Notes: generated by a model from the sequence alone, not told the origin. 64,000 nucleotides of DNA from Paenisporosarcina sp. (GCA_048976825.1 JBHGUT010000034.1:1129-65128), one strand, 5' to 3'; numbered from the stretch's first letter, positions 15,797 through 27,535 are shown. Program-made: numbers and translations.

Positions 15797-16126
15797 CATG
15801 CGTGAGTCACGAGTTAACAATCCTGCAGATTTTAATGCTGGACGGAAATCAGGATCTACATGAAGTAGTGCACGAGCAATACCATGACGGATTGCGCCTG
15901 CTTGACCTGTGTATCCACCACCATTAACGTTTACATGGATATCGTAGCTTCCAAGTGTTTCTGTTGCTACTAATGGTTGTTTGATGATTTCGCGTAATGT
16001 AGCGAATGGTACGTAGTCTTCTACGTCACGTTTGTTAATTACGATATTACCTTCGCCCGGTACTAAACGTACACGTGCAGTTGAGCTTTTACGGCGACCT
16101 GTGCCGATATATTGAACTTGTGCCAA
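15734..16126 (-). CDS. rpsI: 30S ribosomal protein S9
   Basis: GTGRRKSS...GGG.TGQAGA...PQFSKR. Confidence 0.99.
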   Translation of the reverse strand: MAQVQYIGTGRRKSSTARVRLVPGEGNIVINKRDVEDYVPFATLREIIKQPLVATETLGSYDIHVNVNGGGYTGQAGAIRHGIARALLHVDPDFRPALKSAGLLTRDSRMKERKKYGLKGARKAPQFSKR

Positions 16127-16146
16127 GGGTATGTCCTCCTCTTTAA

Positions 16147-16584
16147 TTATCCGCGAAGCTCATAAGCTTCTGGTTTTTGTGCTGCATGTGGATGTTCTGC
16201 TCCAGCGTATACGTGAAGTTTAGTGAAAGTTTGACGACCTAAAGAGTTTTTAGGAAGCATCCCTTTGATTGCTAATTCAAGCATTTTTGTTGGGTAGTTC
16301 GTACGCATTTGTAATGCAGTACGTTTTTTCAAACCACCAGCAAATTGTGTATGACGGTAGTAAATTTTGTCCGTTAATTTTTTACCAGTCAATTCGATTT
16401 TCTCAGCGTTGATGATGATTACGTGATCACCTGTGTCAACGTGTGGTGTGAATGTTGGTTTGTTTTTACCACGTAAGATAGCAGCTACTTCAGAAGCTAA
16501 ACGACCAAGAGTTTGGCCTTCCGCGTCTACTACTAACCATTTACGCTCTACTTCGTGACCTTTAGCCATGAATGTTGTACGCAT
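16147..16584 (-). CDS. rplM: 50S ribosomal protein L13
   Basis: [22 protein letters not shown]. Confidence 0.99.
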   Translation of the reverse strand: MRTTFMAKGHEVERKWLVVDAEGQTLGRLASEVAAILRGKNKPTFTPHVDTGDHVIIINAEKIELTGKKLTDKIYYRHTQFAGGLKKRTALQMRTNYPTKMLELAIKGMLPKNSLGRQTFTKLHVYAGAEHPHAAQKPEAYELRG

Positions 16585-16624
16585 GTATTTTGTCCTCCTA
16601 ATTCAATCTAATCTGATTTAAAAT

Positions 16625-16685
16625 TTTCTATATCATCATCAACAACAAGTTTCGGGGCTCATTGTGGGGTTAATGAAATACCATA
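16625..16685 (-). promoter_or_regulatory. L13 leader RNA
   Basis: CCCCACAATGAGCCCCGAAACTTGTTG upstream of rplM, typical of the Firmicute L13 leader. Confidence 0.7.
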
Positions 16686-16689
16686 TGTC

Positions 16690-16718
16690 ATCATATAACG
16701 TTTCACCTAAAAAGTCAA
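16690..16718 (-). promoter_or_regulatory. sigma-A promoter of rplM-rpsI
   Basis: TTGACT-N17-TATGAT. Confidence 0.75.
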
Positions 16719-16750
16719 GAGCATTTTTCAAAACACCAGGACGTGTTGCT

Positions 16751-17500
16751 TCATTCTGCATAGAACACAGTTTCTAAGTATAAACCGTGTGCTGGAGCCG
16801 TTTTTCCAGCCATTTTACGGTCTTTAACTGCTAGCATATTCGCAATGTCTGTAGGCTCCCGTCTACCAATACCTACTTCCCATAAGTTGCCCGCAATGAT
16901 TCGGACCATATTGTATAAGAATCCATCACCTTCAATGACGAGATGTAATTCATCTGCCGGCATTTCCATCAATTCTAAACGCTTTATTGTACGAACTCGA
17001 TCGACCACTTCGGTACGAGCTGAACAAAAACTAGTAAAGTCATGTGTGCCAATAAAAGATTTCGCTGCTTCTCTCATTCGCTCTATATCAGGAAGCATAC
17101 CCGGCATATGAACAACGAAGTTTCTCGAAAAAGGGCTTTGCACTTCTCCTAATCCCCACTTGTATCGATAGACCTTCCCAGTAGTTCCGTAGCGTGCATG
17201 AAAGTCCATTGAAACCTCTTCGACAGAATGTACTCGTATGTCAGAAGTAAGTTGCATATTGAGAGCTCGTCGCCAGCGGTCAATCGGAAATGTTAAGTCT
17301 GTATCAAAATGAATAACTTGTCCTGTAGCATGAACGCCTGCATCCGTTCGACCACTCGCCACAACACGAATGTCGGTCCCTTTATGCATCTTCGTTAGGA
17401 CACGCTCTATTTCAAGCTGTACAGTGCGTTTCCCTGGCTGTACTTGGTATCCAGCAAATCCTGAGCCATCATATACAATAACCAATCGTAACCGTTTCAA
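16751..17500 (-). CDS. truA: tRNA pseudouridine(38-40) synthase
   Basis: SGRTDAGVHA, GFLYNMVR, TAPAHGL. Confidence 0.97.
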   Translation of the reverse strand: MKRLRLVIVYDGSGFAGYQVQPGKRTVQLEIERVLTKMHKGTDIRVVASGRTDAGVHATGQVIHFDTDLTFPIDRWRRALNMQLTSDIRVHSVEEVSMDFHARYGTTGKVYRYKWGLGEVQSPFSRNFVVHMPGMLPDIERMREAAKSFIGTHDFTSFCSARTEVVDRVRTIKRLELMEMPADELHLVIEGDGFLYNMVRIIAGNLWEVGIGRREPTDIANMLAVKDRKMAGKTAPAHGLYLETVFYAE

Positions 17501-17516
17501 TGCTTTTCCTCCTGTC

Positions 17517-18314
17517 TTACGAACGCAAGAACCAAAGAACCAACGCTACCATCACTGCCACTACCATGATGATGGTGTCTCGCCATTCCCATTTTAATTG
17601 ACGATATCGCGTGCGTCCTTCACCACCTCGATAACCTCTTACCTCCATTGCGACTGCTAAGTCTTCCGCTCGCTTAAACGCACTGACGAATAAAGGGATT
17701 AATAGGGGAACAACGGCTTTTATCCGTTCTTTTATCGTTCCAGAACTAATATCCGATCCTCTTGCCATTTGAGCTTTCAAAATCTTATCTGTTTCATCCA
17801 TCAATGTAGGAATGAAACGAAGCGATATAGACATCATTAGAGCAAGTTCATGAACGGGTAGTTTAAAACGCTTAAACGGGTTTAATAAAACTTCCATTCC
17901 ATCTGTAATAGAAATGGGGGAAGTGGTTAAAGTCAATATTGATGTAATAAATACAAGCACTAAAAAACGGATCGATATAAAAATACCTTGTCGTAACCCT
18001 TCTTCATAGATTTCGATGAATTGCCATTTCCATAACAAATCGCCTTCTTTTGTGAAGAAAAGGTGCAACAAAAAGGTAAAGATCAGTAAAAATAAGATGG
18101 GTTTTAATCCGTTAATTAAGAAATACAGGCGTATGCGTGACAATAAAACCGTTATAAGCGTAAAGGCAAGTAACAATGCATACGTCAATGGATTATTCGC
18201 TAAAAAAACAATCGCGATAAAGACAAACACAAAAATCAGCTTTGAACGGGGGTCTAATTTATGTACAAACGAATCCCCAGGAATATAACGTCCAAAAATC
18301 ATTTTTTCCATCAT
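17517..18314 (-). CDS. ecfT: ECF transporter transmembrane component
   Basis: HKLDPRSK, LRFIP, AQMARG, AMEVRG; start trimmed to ATG 18314. Confidence 0.95.
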   Translation of the reverse strand: MMEKMIFGRYIPGDSFVHKLDPRSKLIFVFVFIAIVFLANNPLTYALLLAFTLITVLLSRIRLYFLINGLKPILFLLIFTFLLHLFFTKEGDLLWKWQFIEIYEEGLRQGIFISIRFLVLVFITSILTLTTSPISITDGMEVLLNPFKRFKLPVHELALMMSISLRFIPTLMDETDKILKAQMARGSDISSGTIKERIKAVVPLLIPLFVSAFKRAEDLAVAMEVRGYRGGEGRTRYRQLKWEWRDTIIMVVAVMVALVLWFLRS

Positions 18315-19183
18315 ACATCCCCACGCTCCCCTCGGATAACGTGTCCTATCTCTGTTGCTAATTCTTCTTCTGTTAAACATAGTTTAGCTAAAGGATGACC
18401 AATCAACGCTTCTACCTTTCGTTGAAACCGAACAACACGAGGGGCTTCCAAGCGATATTGTGCAAGTCGATCTTCATCACCAAAAATAGCTTGAGGATCT
18501 CCATTTAATACACAGGTTCCTTCATGCATAATGGCCACGTGATCTGAATATCGTGCAGCATCTTCCATCGAGTGAGTGACTAAAATGGTTGTTAAACCTT
18601 TTTCCACATGCAACTTATGAAATAGCTCCATGATTTCGTGACGCCCTCGAGGATCTAATCCTGCAGTTGGTTCATCAAGCACCAGAACACTTGGCTCCAT
18701 TGCTAATACTCCAGCGATGGCCACACGTCGCATTTGCCCACCGGATAAGTCAAAGGGAGACTTATCTAAAACTTCACTTGGTAGCCCTAACTGTTCCACT
18801 AAGACTCTTGCTCTATGCTCAGCTTCTTCAGCAGGTACACCAAAGTTCAATGGTCCGAACATAATATCTTTTAAAACCGTCTCATCAAACAATTGATGCT
18901 CTGGAAATTGAAATACAATCCCAATTCGCTGACGAATAGGCCGAATGTTTTTCACTTTCTTTCCAGCGACAATGGTTAAATCCCCCAGCTTTAAACTACC
19001 TTCTGAAGGTTTTAATAAAGCATTTAAATGTTGCAATAGCGTTGATTTCCCTGACCCTGTATGCCCAATAATGGCGTGATAAGATCCCGTGGATATATGT
19101 AAATCTACATCATATAACGCACGTTTTTCAAATGGCGTACCTTTTGCATAGGCATAGCCTACTTGTTGAAGTTGGATATCCAT
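18311..19183 (-). CDS. ecfA2: ECF transporter ATPase EcfA2
   Basis: GHTGSGKST, LSGGQMRR, LDEPTAGLD. Confidence 0.95.
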   Translation of the reverse strand: MDIQLQQVGYAYAKGTPFEKRALYDVDLHISTGSYHAIIGHTGSGKSTLLQHLNALLKPSEGSLKLGDLTIVAGKKVKNIRPIRQRIGIVFQFPEHQLFDETVLKDIMFGPLNFGVPAEEAEHRARVLVEQLGLPSEVLDKSPFDLSGGQMRRVAIAGVLAMEPSVLVLDEPTAGLDPRGRHEIMELFHKLHVEKGLTTILVTHSMEDAARYSDHVAIMHEGTCVLNGDPQAIFGDEDRLAQYRLEAPRVVRFQRKVEALIGHPLAKLCLTEEELATEIGHVIRGERGDV

Positions 19184-20004
19184 AAATCATTCACCAGTTC
19201 TTCTTCTGACATGTGCTCACCTTGTAAGCTGACTCCATTTATACGTAAGAGGATACTCATTTTCATTGAAAATGGTAGATCTAAACCAAGCTCAACTAAC
19301 TCTTCACCGCGCTCAAAAATTTGGCCTGGGTTGCCCTCTGCGTACTTTTTGCCTTGATTCATAACTAATATTCGATCAGCCAACAAAGCTTCTTCTAAAT
19401 CATGTGTTATAGACAGAACTGTTAAATGGGTTTCTTCACGTAATCTTTGAACAGTCGAAAGAACCTCCTTGCGTCCTTGAGGGTCTAACATGGATGTTGC
19501 CTCATCTAATATAAGGATTTTAGGTTTTATCGCAAGTGCTCCCGCTATTGCTACACGTTGCTTTTGCCCGCCGGACAAATGATGGGGCTCACTATTAATA
19601 AAATCACTCATTTTTACCTGTGCAAGGGATTCATTGACACGGACTACCATATCTTCAAACGGAACTCCGTTATTTTCCAATGCGAATGCGACATCATCCT
19701 GAACTGTGGCACCGACAAACTGATTGTCTGGATTTTGAAAAACCATGCCCATTTGTGAACGTATCGCCCATAAGTTTTCTTCATTTAATGGCTCCCCTAG
19801 AATGCGAATTTCCCCACTATCGGGAAATAAGAGACCATTCATTAGCTTAGCCAGTGTGGACTTCCCTGATCCGTTATGTCCAACGATCGCAATCCACTCA
19901 CCATCGTTAACGGCAAACGATACATCTTCAACTGCTTTACGCATATCGGTTTCTTCTGGTGCATATGTAAACGTTACATCACGTAACGACAAAATTTCTT
20001 TCAA
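19159..20004 (-). CDS. ecfA1: ECF transporter ATPase EcfA1
   Basis: GHNGSGKST, FQNPDNQF, LSGGQKQR. Confidence 0.95.
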   Translation of the reverse strand: MKEILSLRDVTFTYAPEETDMRKAVEDVSFAVNDGEWIAIVGHNGSGKSTLAKLMNGLLFPDSGEIRILGEPLNEENLWAIRSQMGMVFQNPDNQFVGATVQDDVAFALENNGVPFEDMVVRVNESLAQVKMSDFINSEPHHLSGGQKQRVAIAGALAIKPKILILDEATSMLDPQGRKEVLSTVQRLREETHLTVLSITHDLEEALLADRILVMNQGKKYAEGNPGQIFERGEELVELGLDLPFSMKMSILLRINGVSLQGEHMSEEELVNDLWISNFNK

Positions 20005-20069
20005 ATGAAAAACCTCCTCTAACTCAACTCAGACTCAACTCATTGTAAACTCTTCTCTTTATTTTACGA

Positions 20070-20215
20070 CAAAATAAAAAAGCGCGCACCTCATTCAGAG
20101 AAATGCGCTCTTCTATGTCTTTATCGTATGCGGTTGCTCAGACCGTATACGTGAATGAGGTGCGTAGAGCTAGACGAGACGCCACCTAAAAGGCCCGCTC
20201 ATTGTAACGCTCTGC
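20070..20215 (-). ncRNA. L17 downstream element (L17DE)-like RNA plus long terminator-like hairpin
   Basis: AGAGCGTTACAATG...GTCTAGCTCT (20166-20213) downstream of rplQ; 13-bp perfect inverted repeat 20085-20097/20152-20164 then T-tract. Confidence 0.65.
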
Positions 20216-20291
20216 TTTTCATATGTCGTATAAATCTTTTAAAAAGAAGAGGGCGGCTCCTCACCAATACCCCTCCTCATCTTGTGATGAA

Positions 20292-20672
20292 TTAAACTAA
20301 TTCTATTACTACAACAGGTGCTCCGTCTCCACGACGAGGTCCCACTTTCATGATACGTGTATAACCGCCTTGACGTTCAGCATAGCGTGGTGCTACATCA
20401 TCAAACAATTTTTGCAATGCATAAACTGTTGATTCGTTGCCTTCTGCGTCAGTAGTAGTTGTAAGTTCACGACGGATGTATGATGCAGCTTGACGGCGTG
20501 CATGCAAGTCTCCACGTTTACCTAATGTAATCATTTTTTCACAAACTGATCGTACTTCTTTCGCACGAGCTTCTGTCGTTTGAATACGTTCGTTGATGAT
20601 CAAATCAGTTGTTAAGTCACGTAACATCGCTTTACGTTGAGAACTTGTACGACCAAGTTTTCTGTAACCCAT
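20292..20672 (-). CDS. rplQ: 50S ribosomal protein L17
   Basis: [25 protein letters not shown]. Confidence 0.99.
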   Translation of the reverse strand: MGYRKLGRTSSQRKAMLRDLTTDLIINERIQTTEARAKEVRSVCEKMITLGKRGDLHARRQAASYIRRELTTTTDAEGNESTVYALQKLFDDVAPRYAERQGGYTRIMKVGPRRGDGAPVVVIELV

Positions 20673-20725
20673 AGATGTTTACCTCCTTTGTTGAATATTG
20701 GATCTGTCTATATCAAAAAAGTCGC

Positions 20726-21670
20726 TTAGTCTTCTTTGCGTAATCCTAAGCCAAGCTCGTCTAACTTCGCTCTAACTTCTTCAAGTGATTTACGTCCAAG
20801 GTTACGTACTTTCATCATGTCATCTTCTGACTTGCTAGCTAACTCAAGTACCGTATTGATACCTGCACGCTTCAAGCAGTTGTAAGAACGAACAGAAAGA
20901 TCTAGTTCTTCGATAGTCATCTCCAACACTTTTTCTTTTTGATCTTCTTCTTTTTCAACCATGATTTCAGCAGTTTTTGCCTCATCAGTCATCCCAACGA
21001 AGATATTTAAATGCTCTGTTAAAATTTTCGCCCCAAGCGAAATCGCCTCTTTTGGACCGATGCTGCCATCTGTCCACACATCAAGAGAAAGTTTATCGTA
21101 GTTTGTCATTTGACCAACACGAGTATTTTCTACTTGAAAATTGACGCGTGAAACTGGAGTGTAAATTGAGTCGATCGGGATCACGCCGATAGGAAGATCC
21201 TCACGTTTGTTTTGATCGGCAGGAGTGTAACCGCGGCCGCGCTGTGCATACATGCGCATACGCAAATGACCATTTTTACCGATTGTTGCAATATAGAGAT
21301 CAGGATTTAAAATTTCTACATCACTGTCATGTGTAATGTCAGCTGCTGTAATCTGTCCATCACCTTTAACATCAATCTCTATGACTTTTTCTTCGTCAGA
21401 GTAGATTTTAAGAGCTAGCTTTTTCACGTTCATTATAACTGTAGCAACATCTTCAACTACGCCCTCAATAGTAGAGAACTCGTGAAGCACGCCATCAATT
21501 TGAATAGAGGTTACTGCAGCTCCTGGTAAAGACGACAAAAGGATACGACGTAGCGAATTACCTAATGTGTTTCCATATCCACGCTCAAGCGGTTCCACAA
21601 CAAACTTGCCAAATTTAGCATCTTCGTTGATCTCAACCGTTTCAATCTTTGGTTTTTCAATTTCGATCAT
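20726..21670 (-). CDS. rpoA: RNA polymerase alpha subunit
   Basis: [32 protein letters not shown]. Confidence 0.99.
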   Translation of the reverse strand: MIEIEKPKIETVEINEDAKFGKFVVEPLERGYGNTLGNSLRRILLSSLPGAAVTSIQIDGVLHEFSTIEGVVEDVATVIMNVKKLALKIYSDEEKVIEIDVKGDGQITAADITHDSDVEILNPDLYIATIGKNGHLRMRMYAQRGRGYTPADQNKREDLPIGVIPIDSIYTPVSRVNFQVENTRVGQMTNYDKLSLDVWTDGSIGPKEAISLGAKILTEHLNIFVGMTDEAKTAEIMVEKEEDQKEKVLEMTIEELDLSVRSYNCLKRAGINTVLELASKSEDDMMKVRNLGRKSLEEVRAKLDELGLGLRKED

Positions 21671-21808
21671 TCAAATTTACCCTCCTTCAAAACATCGAAT
21701 GTATAGGTTCGTTCCATCATGAAATCGATAGTACTAGACTTATCGGTGATTGCACAACTCAGTTTGTACAAGAAATGATGTTCTCAATCAATTAAATTAA
21801 GACACCTA

Positions 21809-22198
21809 TTACACGCGACGACGTTTTGGTGGACGGCAACCGTTATGAGGAACTGGAGTTACATCTTTAATTGCTGTAACGTCAAGACCAGCAGCTTGAA
21901 GTGCACGAATTGCAGCTTCACGACCAGCACCAGGACCTTTTACAGTTACTTCTAACGTCTTCAAACCGTGTTCAACAGATGCTTTCGCAGCTGCTTCGGC
22001 AGCCATTTGCGCAGCAAATGGTGTCGATTTACGAGAACCTTTAAAACCAAGTGAACCAGCACTTGACCAAGATACCGCATTTCCTTGCATGTCTGTAATC
22101 GTTACAATTGTATTATTAAATGTAGAGCGAATGTGAGCAATACCGGATTCGATATTCTTTTTCACACGACGCTTACGTGTTTGTTGTTTACGTGCCAT
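21809..22198 (-). CDS. rpsK: 30S ribosomal protein S11
   Basis: [19 protein letters not shown]. Confidence 0.99.
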   Translation of the reverse strand: MARKQQTRKRRVKKNIESGIAHIRSTFNNTIVTITDMQGNAVSWSSAGSLGFKGSRKSTPFAAQMAAEAAAKASVEHGLKTLEVTVKGPGAGREAAIRALQAAGLDVTAIKDVTPVPHNGCRPPKRRRV

Positions 22199-22223
22199 GT
22201 TAAGAAGAAACCTCCTTTACCGA

Positions 22224-22589
22224 TTATTTTTTCTTGTTAGCAACAGTTTTACGAGGACCTTTACGCGTACGCGCATTGTTCTTCGTGTTTTGACCGCGCA
22301 CAGGTAAACCGCGACGGTGACGGATACCACGGAATGAACCGATTTCCATCAGACGCTTAATGTTTAATGATACTTCACGGCGAAGGTCACCTTCAACCTT
22401 ATGAGCACCAATTGCTTCACGGATTTTATTCAACTCGTCTTCTGTAAGATCACGAACTCGTGCATCTTCAGAAACGCCAGCATTAGCTAGTACCTTTTGA
22501 GCAGTTGTTTTACCGATTCCAAAAATATACGTTAATGAAATAACAACGCGTTTATCGCGCGGAATGTCAACACCAGCAATACGTGCCAT
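22224..22589 (-). CDS. rpsM: 30S ribosomal protein S13
   Basis: [27 protein letters not shown]. Confidence 0.99.
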   Translation of the reverse strand: MARIAGVDIPRDKRVVISLTYIFGIGKTTAQKVLANAGVSEDARVRDLTEDELNKIREAIGAHKVEGDLRREVSLNIKRLMEIGSFRGIRHRRGLPVRGQNTKNNARTRKGPRKTVANKKK

Positions 22590-22612
22590 GTGTGTCGTGC
22601 ACCTCCTTCAAA

Positions 22613-22726
<114 letters not shown>

Positions 22727-22764
22727 CTAACCCAACCTCCTTAAGTAGTCCGGAGTGCAAAAGA

Positions 22765-22983
22765 TTATTTAAAACGGAATGTGATACGTCCGCGAGTTAA
22801 ATCGTAAGGAGAAAGTTCAATTTGGACTTTATCTCCAGGTAGGATGCGGATAAAATGCATACGGATTTTACCAGATACATGCGCAAGAATCGTGTGACCA
22901 TTTTCCAATTCTACCTTAAACATCGCGTTTGGCAAAGTCTCAACAACTGTTCCTTCGACTTCAATTACATCGTCTTTCGCCAT
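22765..22983 (-). CDS. infA: Translation initiation factor IF-1
   Basis: [11 protein letters not shown]...[12 protein letters not shown]. Confidence 0.99.
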   Translation of the reverse strand: MAKDDVIEVEGTVVETLPNAMFKVELENGHTILAHVSGKIRMHFIRILPGDKVQIELSPYDLTRGRITFRFK

Positions 22984-22989
22984 CAACCC

Positions 22990-23255
22990 TGTCTCCCTTC
23001 TGTATAAAAAATCAGGTTCTCATCATCAAATCAAACGGAATGAAGAGCAAATTAGAAACCTATTATGGCATCAATTCGTTTCAACATATGTTTGTCTTGC
23101 ATGAGAGATGTTCGAAAGACACTCGTCAGGCTTCGCTTCTGGCAACCTACGGAGTAGACTGACCCGGGTGAACCATGTCTCCCTCATGTAAAAACGACCG
23201 CTCGGAATGCCTTGGATGATTTCCACCATATCCGTTACACAGATGCTTCCACGAA
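22990..23255 (-). ncRNA. Candidate structured 5' leader RNA of infA
   Basis: Nested complementary segments and a GNRA-closed hairpin downstream of a sigma-A promoter. Confidence 0.5.
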
Positions 23256-23259
23256 ACCC

Positions 23260-23288
23260 ATTATACCTTGTCAGAACTAGAATTGCAC
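23260..23288 (-). promoter_or_regulatory. Putative sigma-A promoter upstream of infA
   Basis: GTGCAA-N17-TATAAT. Confidence 0.6.
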
Positions 23289-23405
23289 GAAAGGACAAAG
23301 GGATCCTTTAACCCATAACAATTCTACTTCTTCCTACGTATAGCGGGCACAATATGCTTTTGCAGCTCTCGAAAATAAATTTCGTTCACAAGCGTGCCGC
23401 TAGGT

Positions 23406-24074
<669 letters not shown>

Positions 24075-24122
24075 CTACAATTTGCTGGTTGAAGGAACGA
24101 AACCGTTCCCATCACCAAGCAT

Positions 24123-25415
24123 TTATTTCATGAAACCTTTGTAGTGACGTTTCACTAGTTGGGACTCAAGTTGTTTCATCGTTTCCAGTGCAACACCGAC
24201 AACGATTAGCAAACTCGTTCCACCGATTTGTGCAGATGCTGGAAGTCCAGCAAAGTTAATGAACAATATCGGCATAATAGCAACCAAAGCTAGGAAAATC
24301 GAACCCACAAAAGTTAAACGGTACAAGACTGTTGTTAAATAGTCTTGTGTGTTTTTTCCTGGACGAATACCTGGAATATACGCCCCTTGCTTTTTCAAGT
24401 TATCAGCAACATTTTCAGGATTCACTTGAATGAACGCATAGAAATACGTAAATGCAACGATTAACGCAACGTAAATGAGCATGCCCACTGGTTTCGAATA
24501 ATCAAATGTGTTCTGAATGAAATCCGTTACCGAATTCTGTCCAAAGAAAGTAGAAAGTGTTTGTGGTGTAATGATAAACGCAACCGCAAAGATAACCGGG
24601 ATAACCCCAGCAGCATTCACTTTTAACGGTAAGTGTGTTTGTTGTCCGCCAGTTTGACCGCGTCCAGCCACACGTTTTGCATATTGAATAGGAATTTTAC
24701 GCAACGCTTGTTGAACGTAAATTACGCCTACTGTAACTGCAATTATCGCTAAAACTAAAAGTGCCATTATCGCAATACGGATGAATAAATCATCACCAGC
24801 GCCATCAAATTGTTGTGCATAAATTTGGTTAGCGGCACTTGGAATCGCAGCTACGATACCTGCAAAGATAATAATGGAAATTCCATTACCCACACCTTTT
24901 GCAGTGATCTGCTCTGATAACCAAAGTAAGAACGCTGTTCCGCCTGTTAACACAAGTGCAATGACTATATAAGTTGAAATGCCATCATCTTTAATTAAAG
25001 ATCCGCCATACATACGGTTAAAGCCGTACGACATTGCCATCGCTTGAATAAACGCTAACACGATTGTGAAGTAACGTGTGAACTGAGCAAGTTTCCGTCT
25101 TCCGACTTCCCCTTGTTTAGCCCACTCCGTAAACTTCGGTACAACATCCATTTGTAATAATTGCACAATGATGGATGCAGTGATGTACGGCATAATTCCC
25201 ATTGCTAAAATCGAAAAGTTAGCAAGAGCACCGCCACCAAATGTATTCAAGAAACCAATAAGACTAAATTGGTCAGTTGCTTGCAAGACTCCTGCGTCGA
25301 CGTTTGGTACTGGAATAAATGTTCCAAGACGGAAAACGACTAACATCAGAAGTGTGAAAATGATTTTATTTCGAATATCTCTCACGCGCATAAAGTTGGA
25401 GATTGTCTGAAACAT
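24123..25415 (-). CDS. secY: Preprotein translocase SecY
   Basis: MGIMPYITASII, IPGIRPG, GGTSLLIVVGVA. Confidence 0.99.
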   Translation of the reverse strand: MFQTISNFMRVRDIRNKIIFTLLMLVVFRLGTFIPVPNVDAGVLQATDQFSLIGFLNTFGGGALANFSILAMGIMPYITASIIVQLLQMDVVPKFTEWAKQGEVGRRKLAQFTRYFTIVLAFIQAMAMSYGFNRMYGGSLIKDDGISTYIVIALVLTGGTAFLLWLSEQITAKGVGNGISIIIFAGIVAAIPSAANQIYAQQFDGAGDDLFIRIAIMALLVLAIIAVTVGVIYVQQALRKIPIQYAKRVAGRGQTGGQQTHLPLKVNAAGVIPVIFAVAFIITPQTLSTFFGQNSVTDFIQNTFDYSKPVGMLIYVALIVAFTYFYAFIQVNPENVADNLKKQGAYIPGIRPGKNTQDYLTTVLYRLTFVGSIFLALVAIMPILFINFAGLPASAQIGGTSLLIVVGVALETMKQLESQLVKRHYKGFMK

Positions 25416-25855
25416 TAAACCACCTCGGTTTGTCCGCCCGCTGTCTCAATAGCTTCTTTTGCTGAAGCAGAGAACTTGTGAGCTTTAACAGTAAGCTTTC
25501 TGTCAAGAGACCCGTTACCAAGAATCTTAATTCCAGCTTTTTCGCTGCTCACATAACCAGTTTCAATAAGCAATGCAGGTGTTACCTCTGTACCCTCATC
25601 GAAACGGTTTAGTGTATCAAGATTCACAATAGCGTACTCTTTACGGTTAATGTTCGTAAAGCCGCGTTTTGGTAAACGACGGAACAATGGGTTTTGACCG
25701 CCCTCAAATCCTGGACGAACACCTCCGCCAGAACGAGCGTTTTGACCTTTATGACCTTTACCTGCAGTTTTACCATTACCTGAACCAATCCCGCGACCTT
25801 TACGTTTGGGCTCAGAACGAGATCCTTCTGATGGTTTTAACTCATGCAATTTCAT
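25415..25855 (-). CDS. rplO: 50S ribosomal protein L15
   Basis: [26 protein letters not shown]. Confidence 0.99.
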   Translation of the reverse strand: MKLHELKPSEGSRSEPKRKGRGIGSGNGKTAGKGHKGQNARSGGGVRPGFEGGQNPLFRRLPKRGFTNINRKEYAIVNLDTLNRFDEGTEVTPALLIETGYVSSEKAGIKILGNGSLDRKLTVKAHKFSASAKEAIETAGGQTEVV

Positions 25856-25888
25856 ATGGGTGACACCTCCTTATTCTATAAATCCTTA

Positions 25889-26071
25889 TTATAGTTCCTT
25901 AACAGAAACTAAATGAGCTACTTTTTCAACCATCCCACGGATAGCTGCATTGTCAGCGTGCTCAACTGTTTGGTGCATTTTACGTAGTCCAAGAGCTTCA
26001 ACTGTTTTACGTTGTCCCGGTTTAGTACCGATAACGCTTCTAGTGAGGGTAACTTCTAGTTTTTTTGACAT
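25889..26071 (-). CDS. rpmD: 50S ribosomal protein L30
   Basis: TLTRSVIG...ALGLRK; synteny. Confidence 0.98.
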   Translation of the reverse strand: MSKKLEVTLTRSVIGTKPGQRKTVEALGLRKMHQTVEHADNAAIRGMVEKVAHLVSVKEL

Positions 26072-26084
26072 GTCATTTCCCCCC

Positions 26085-26585
26085 TTAACCTAACAGTTCT
26101 TCTACTGTTTTGCCGCGTAATTTAGCAACATCTTCTACGCGTTTTAATTCAGTTAAACCTTGAATTGTTGCACGAACCATATTAATTGGTGTGTTTGATC
26201 CAAGTGATTTAGAAAGAATATCTGTAATACCAGCAAGTTCAAGTACAGCACGAACTGGACCACCAGCAATTACACCAGTACCTGGTGCAGCGGGTTTAAT
26301 TAGAATTTCACCAGCGCCGAAATTACCGATGATTAAGTGTGGAGTAGTACCACGAACCATTGGCACTTCGATCAGGTTTTTCTTCGCATCTTCAACTGCT
26401 TTACGGATAGCATCTGGAACTTCTTGTGCTTTACCAGTACCAAATCCTACGTGGCCGTTTTTGTCACCAACAACAACCAATGCAGAGAAGCGGAAACGAC
26501 GTCCACCTTTTACAACTTTAGCTACGCGGTTAATAGTAACAACGCGTTCTTCAAGTTCAAGTTTGTTTGGATCAATGTGACGCAT
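26085..26585 (-). CDS. rpsE: 30S ribosomal protein S5
   Basis: [14 protein letters not shown]. Confidence 0.99.
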   Translation of the reverse strand: MRHIDPNKLELEERVVTINRVAKVVKGGRRFRFSALVVVGDKNGHVGFGTGKAQEVPDAIRKAVEDAKKNLIEVPMVRGTTPHLIIGNFGAGEILIKPAAPGTGVIAGGPVRAVLELAGITDILSKSLGSNTPINMVRATIQGLTELKRVEDVAKLRGKTVEELLG

Positions 26586-26606
26586 GAAATGTGTCCCTCC
26601 TTTTTC

Positions 26607-26963
26607 TTAAAATTCTAAGCCATTTTCGCGAGCAGCTTCAGCTAAAGCTTTTACGCGTCCATGATATAAGTAACCACCACGGTCGAATACAACAACTTTG
26701 ATGTTTTTTTCCGTAGCACGTTTAGCGATTGATTCACCGATAGCTTTAGCAGACTCAACATTACCTTTACCATCGAAATCTTTTTCCATAGTAGAAGCAC
26801 TTGCAAGTGTTACACCAGCCACGTCATCAATTAATTGTGCATACAAGTGTTTGTTTGAACGGAATACATTTAAACGCGGACGTTCAGCAGTACCCGTAAT
26901 TTTTGAGCGTACACGAGCATGACGTTTTTTACGAACTTGATTTTTATCTTGTTTCGTAATCAC
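26607..26963 (-). CDS. rplR: 50S ribosomal protein L18
   Basis: [24 protein letters not shown]. Confidence 0.99.
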   Translation of the reverse strand: MITKQDKNQVRKKRHARVRSKITGTAERPRLNVFRSNKHLYAQLIDDVAGVTLASASTMEKDFDGKGNVESAKAIGESIAKRATEKNIKVVVFDRGGYLYHGRVKALAEAARENGLEF

Positions 26964-26995
26964 AGAGGTCACTCCTTTCTAATGCTTAACCAGCA

Positions 26996-27535
26996 TTATT
27001 TACCTGTTTTACCTTCTTTACGACGAACAACTTCGCCTTCATAACGAATCCCTTTACCTTTATAAGGCTCTGGTGGACGTACTTGACGGATGTTTGATGC
27101 TAGAGCACCAACGCGTTCTTTATTAATACCTTTAATGATGATCTTAGTGTTTGTAGGAACTTCTACAACTAAGCCTTCTTCAGGTGTGAATTCAACAGGA
27201 TGAGAGAAACCTACGTTCAATACAAGTTTTTCACCTTGTAGAGAAGCACGGTAACCAACACCTACTAATTCAAGACTACGTTCAAAACCTTTAGAAACGC
27301 CTTCAACCATGTTTGCAAGCAAAGCACGAGTTGTACCATGAATAGTACGGTGGTCTTTTGATTCAGAAGGACGTGTTAATGTAACCACTTTCTCTTCTTG
27401 CTCTATTTTAATATCTGCATTAAAAGTACGAGTAAGCTCGCCTTTTGGACCTTTTACAGTAACATCGTTGTTAGCACCGATTGTTATAGTAACGTCTGCA
27501 GGAACCTCAATTGGTTTTTTACCTACACGAGACAT
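26996..27535 (-). CDS. rplF: 50S ribosomal protein L6
   Basis: [17 protein letters not shown]. Confidence 0.99.
   Translation of the reverse strand: MSRVGKKPIEVPADVTITIGANNDVTVKGPKGELTRTFNADIKIEQEEKVVTLTRPSESKDHRTIHGTTRALLANMVEGVSKGFERSLELVGVGYRASLQGEKLVLNVGFSHPVEFTPEEGLVVEVPTNTKIIIKGINKERVGALASNIRQVRPPEPYKGKGIRYEGEVVRRKEGKTGK

Noticed and set aside
23071-23298. 75-aa ORF in adk-infA spacer as a map/KOW remnant, or the spacer as SRP RNA
   Set aside because: No similarity to Map or KOW motifs, no RBS, and it spans the promoter; the SRP helix-8 motif (CAGG..CGGAAG..AGCAG) is absent.
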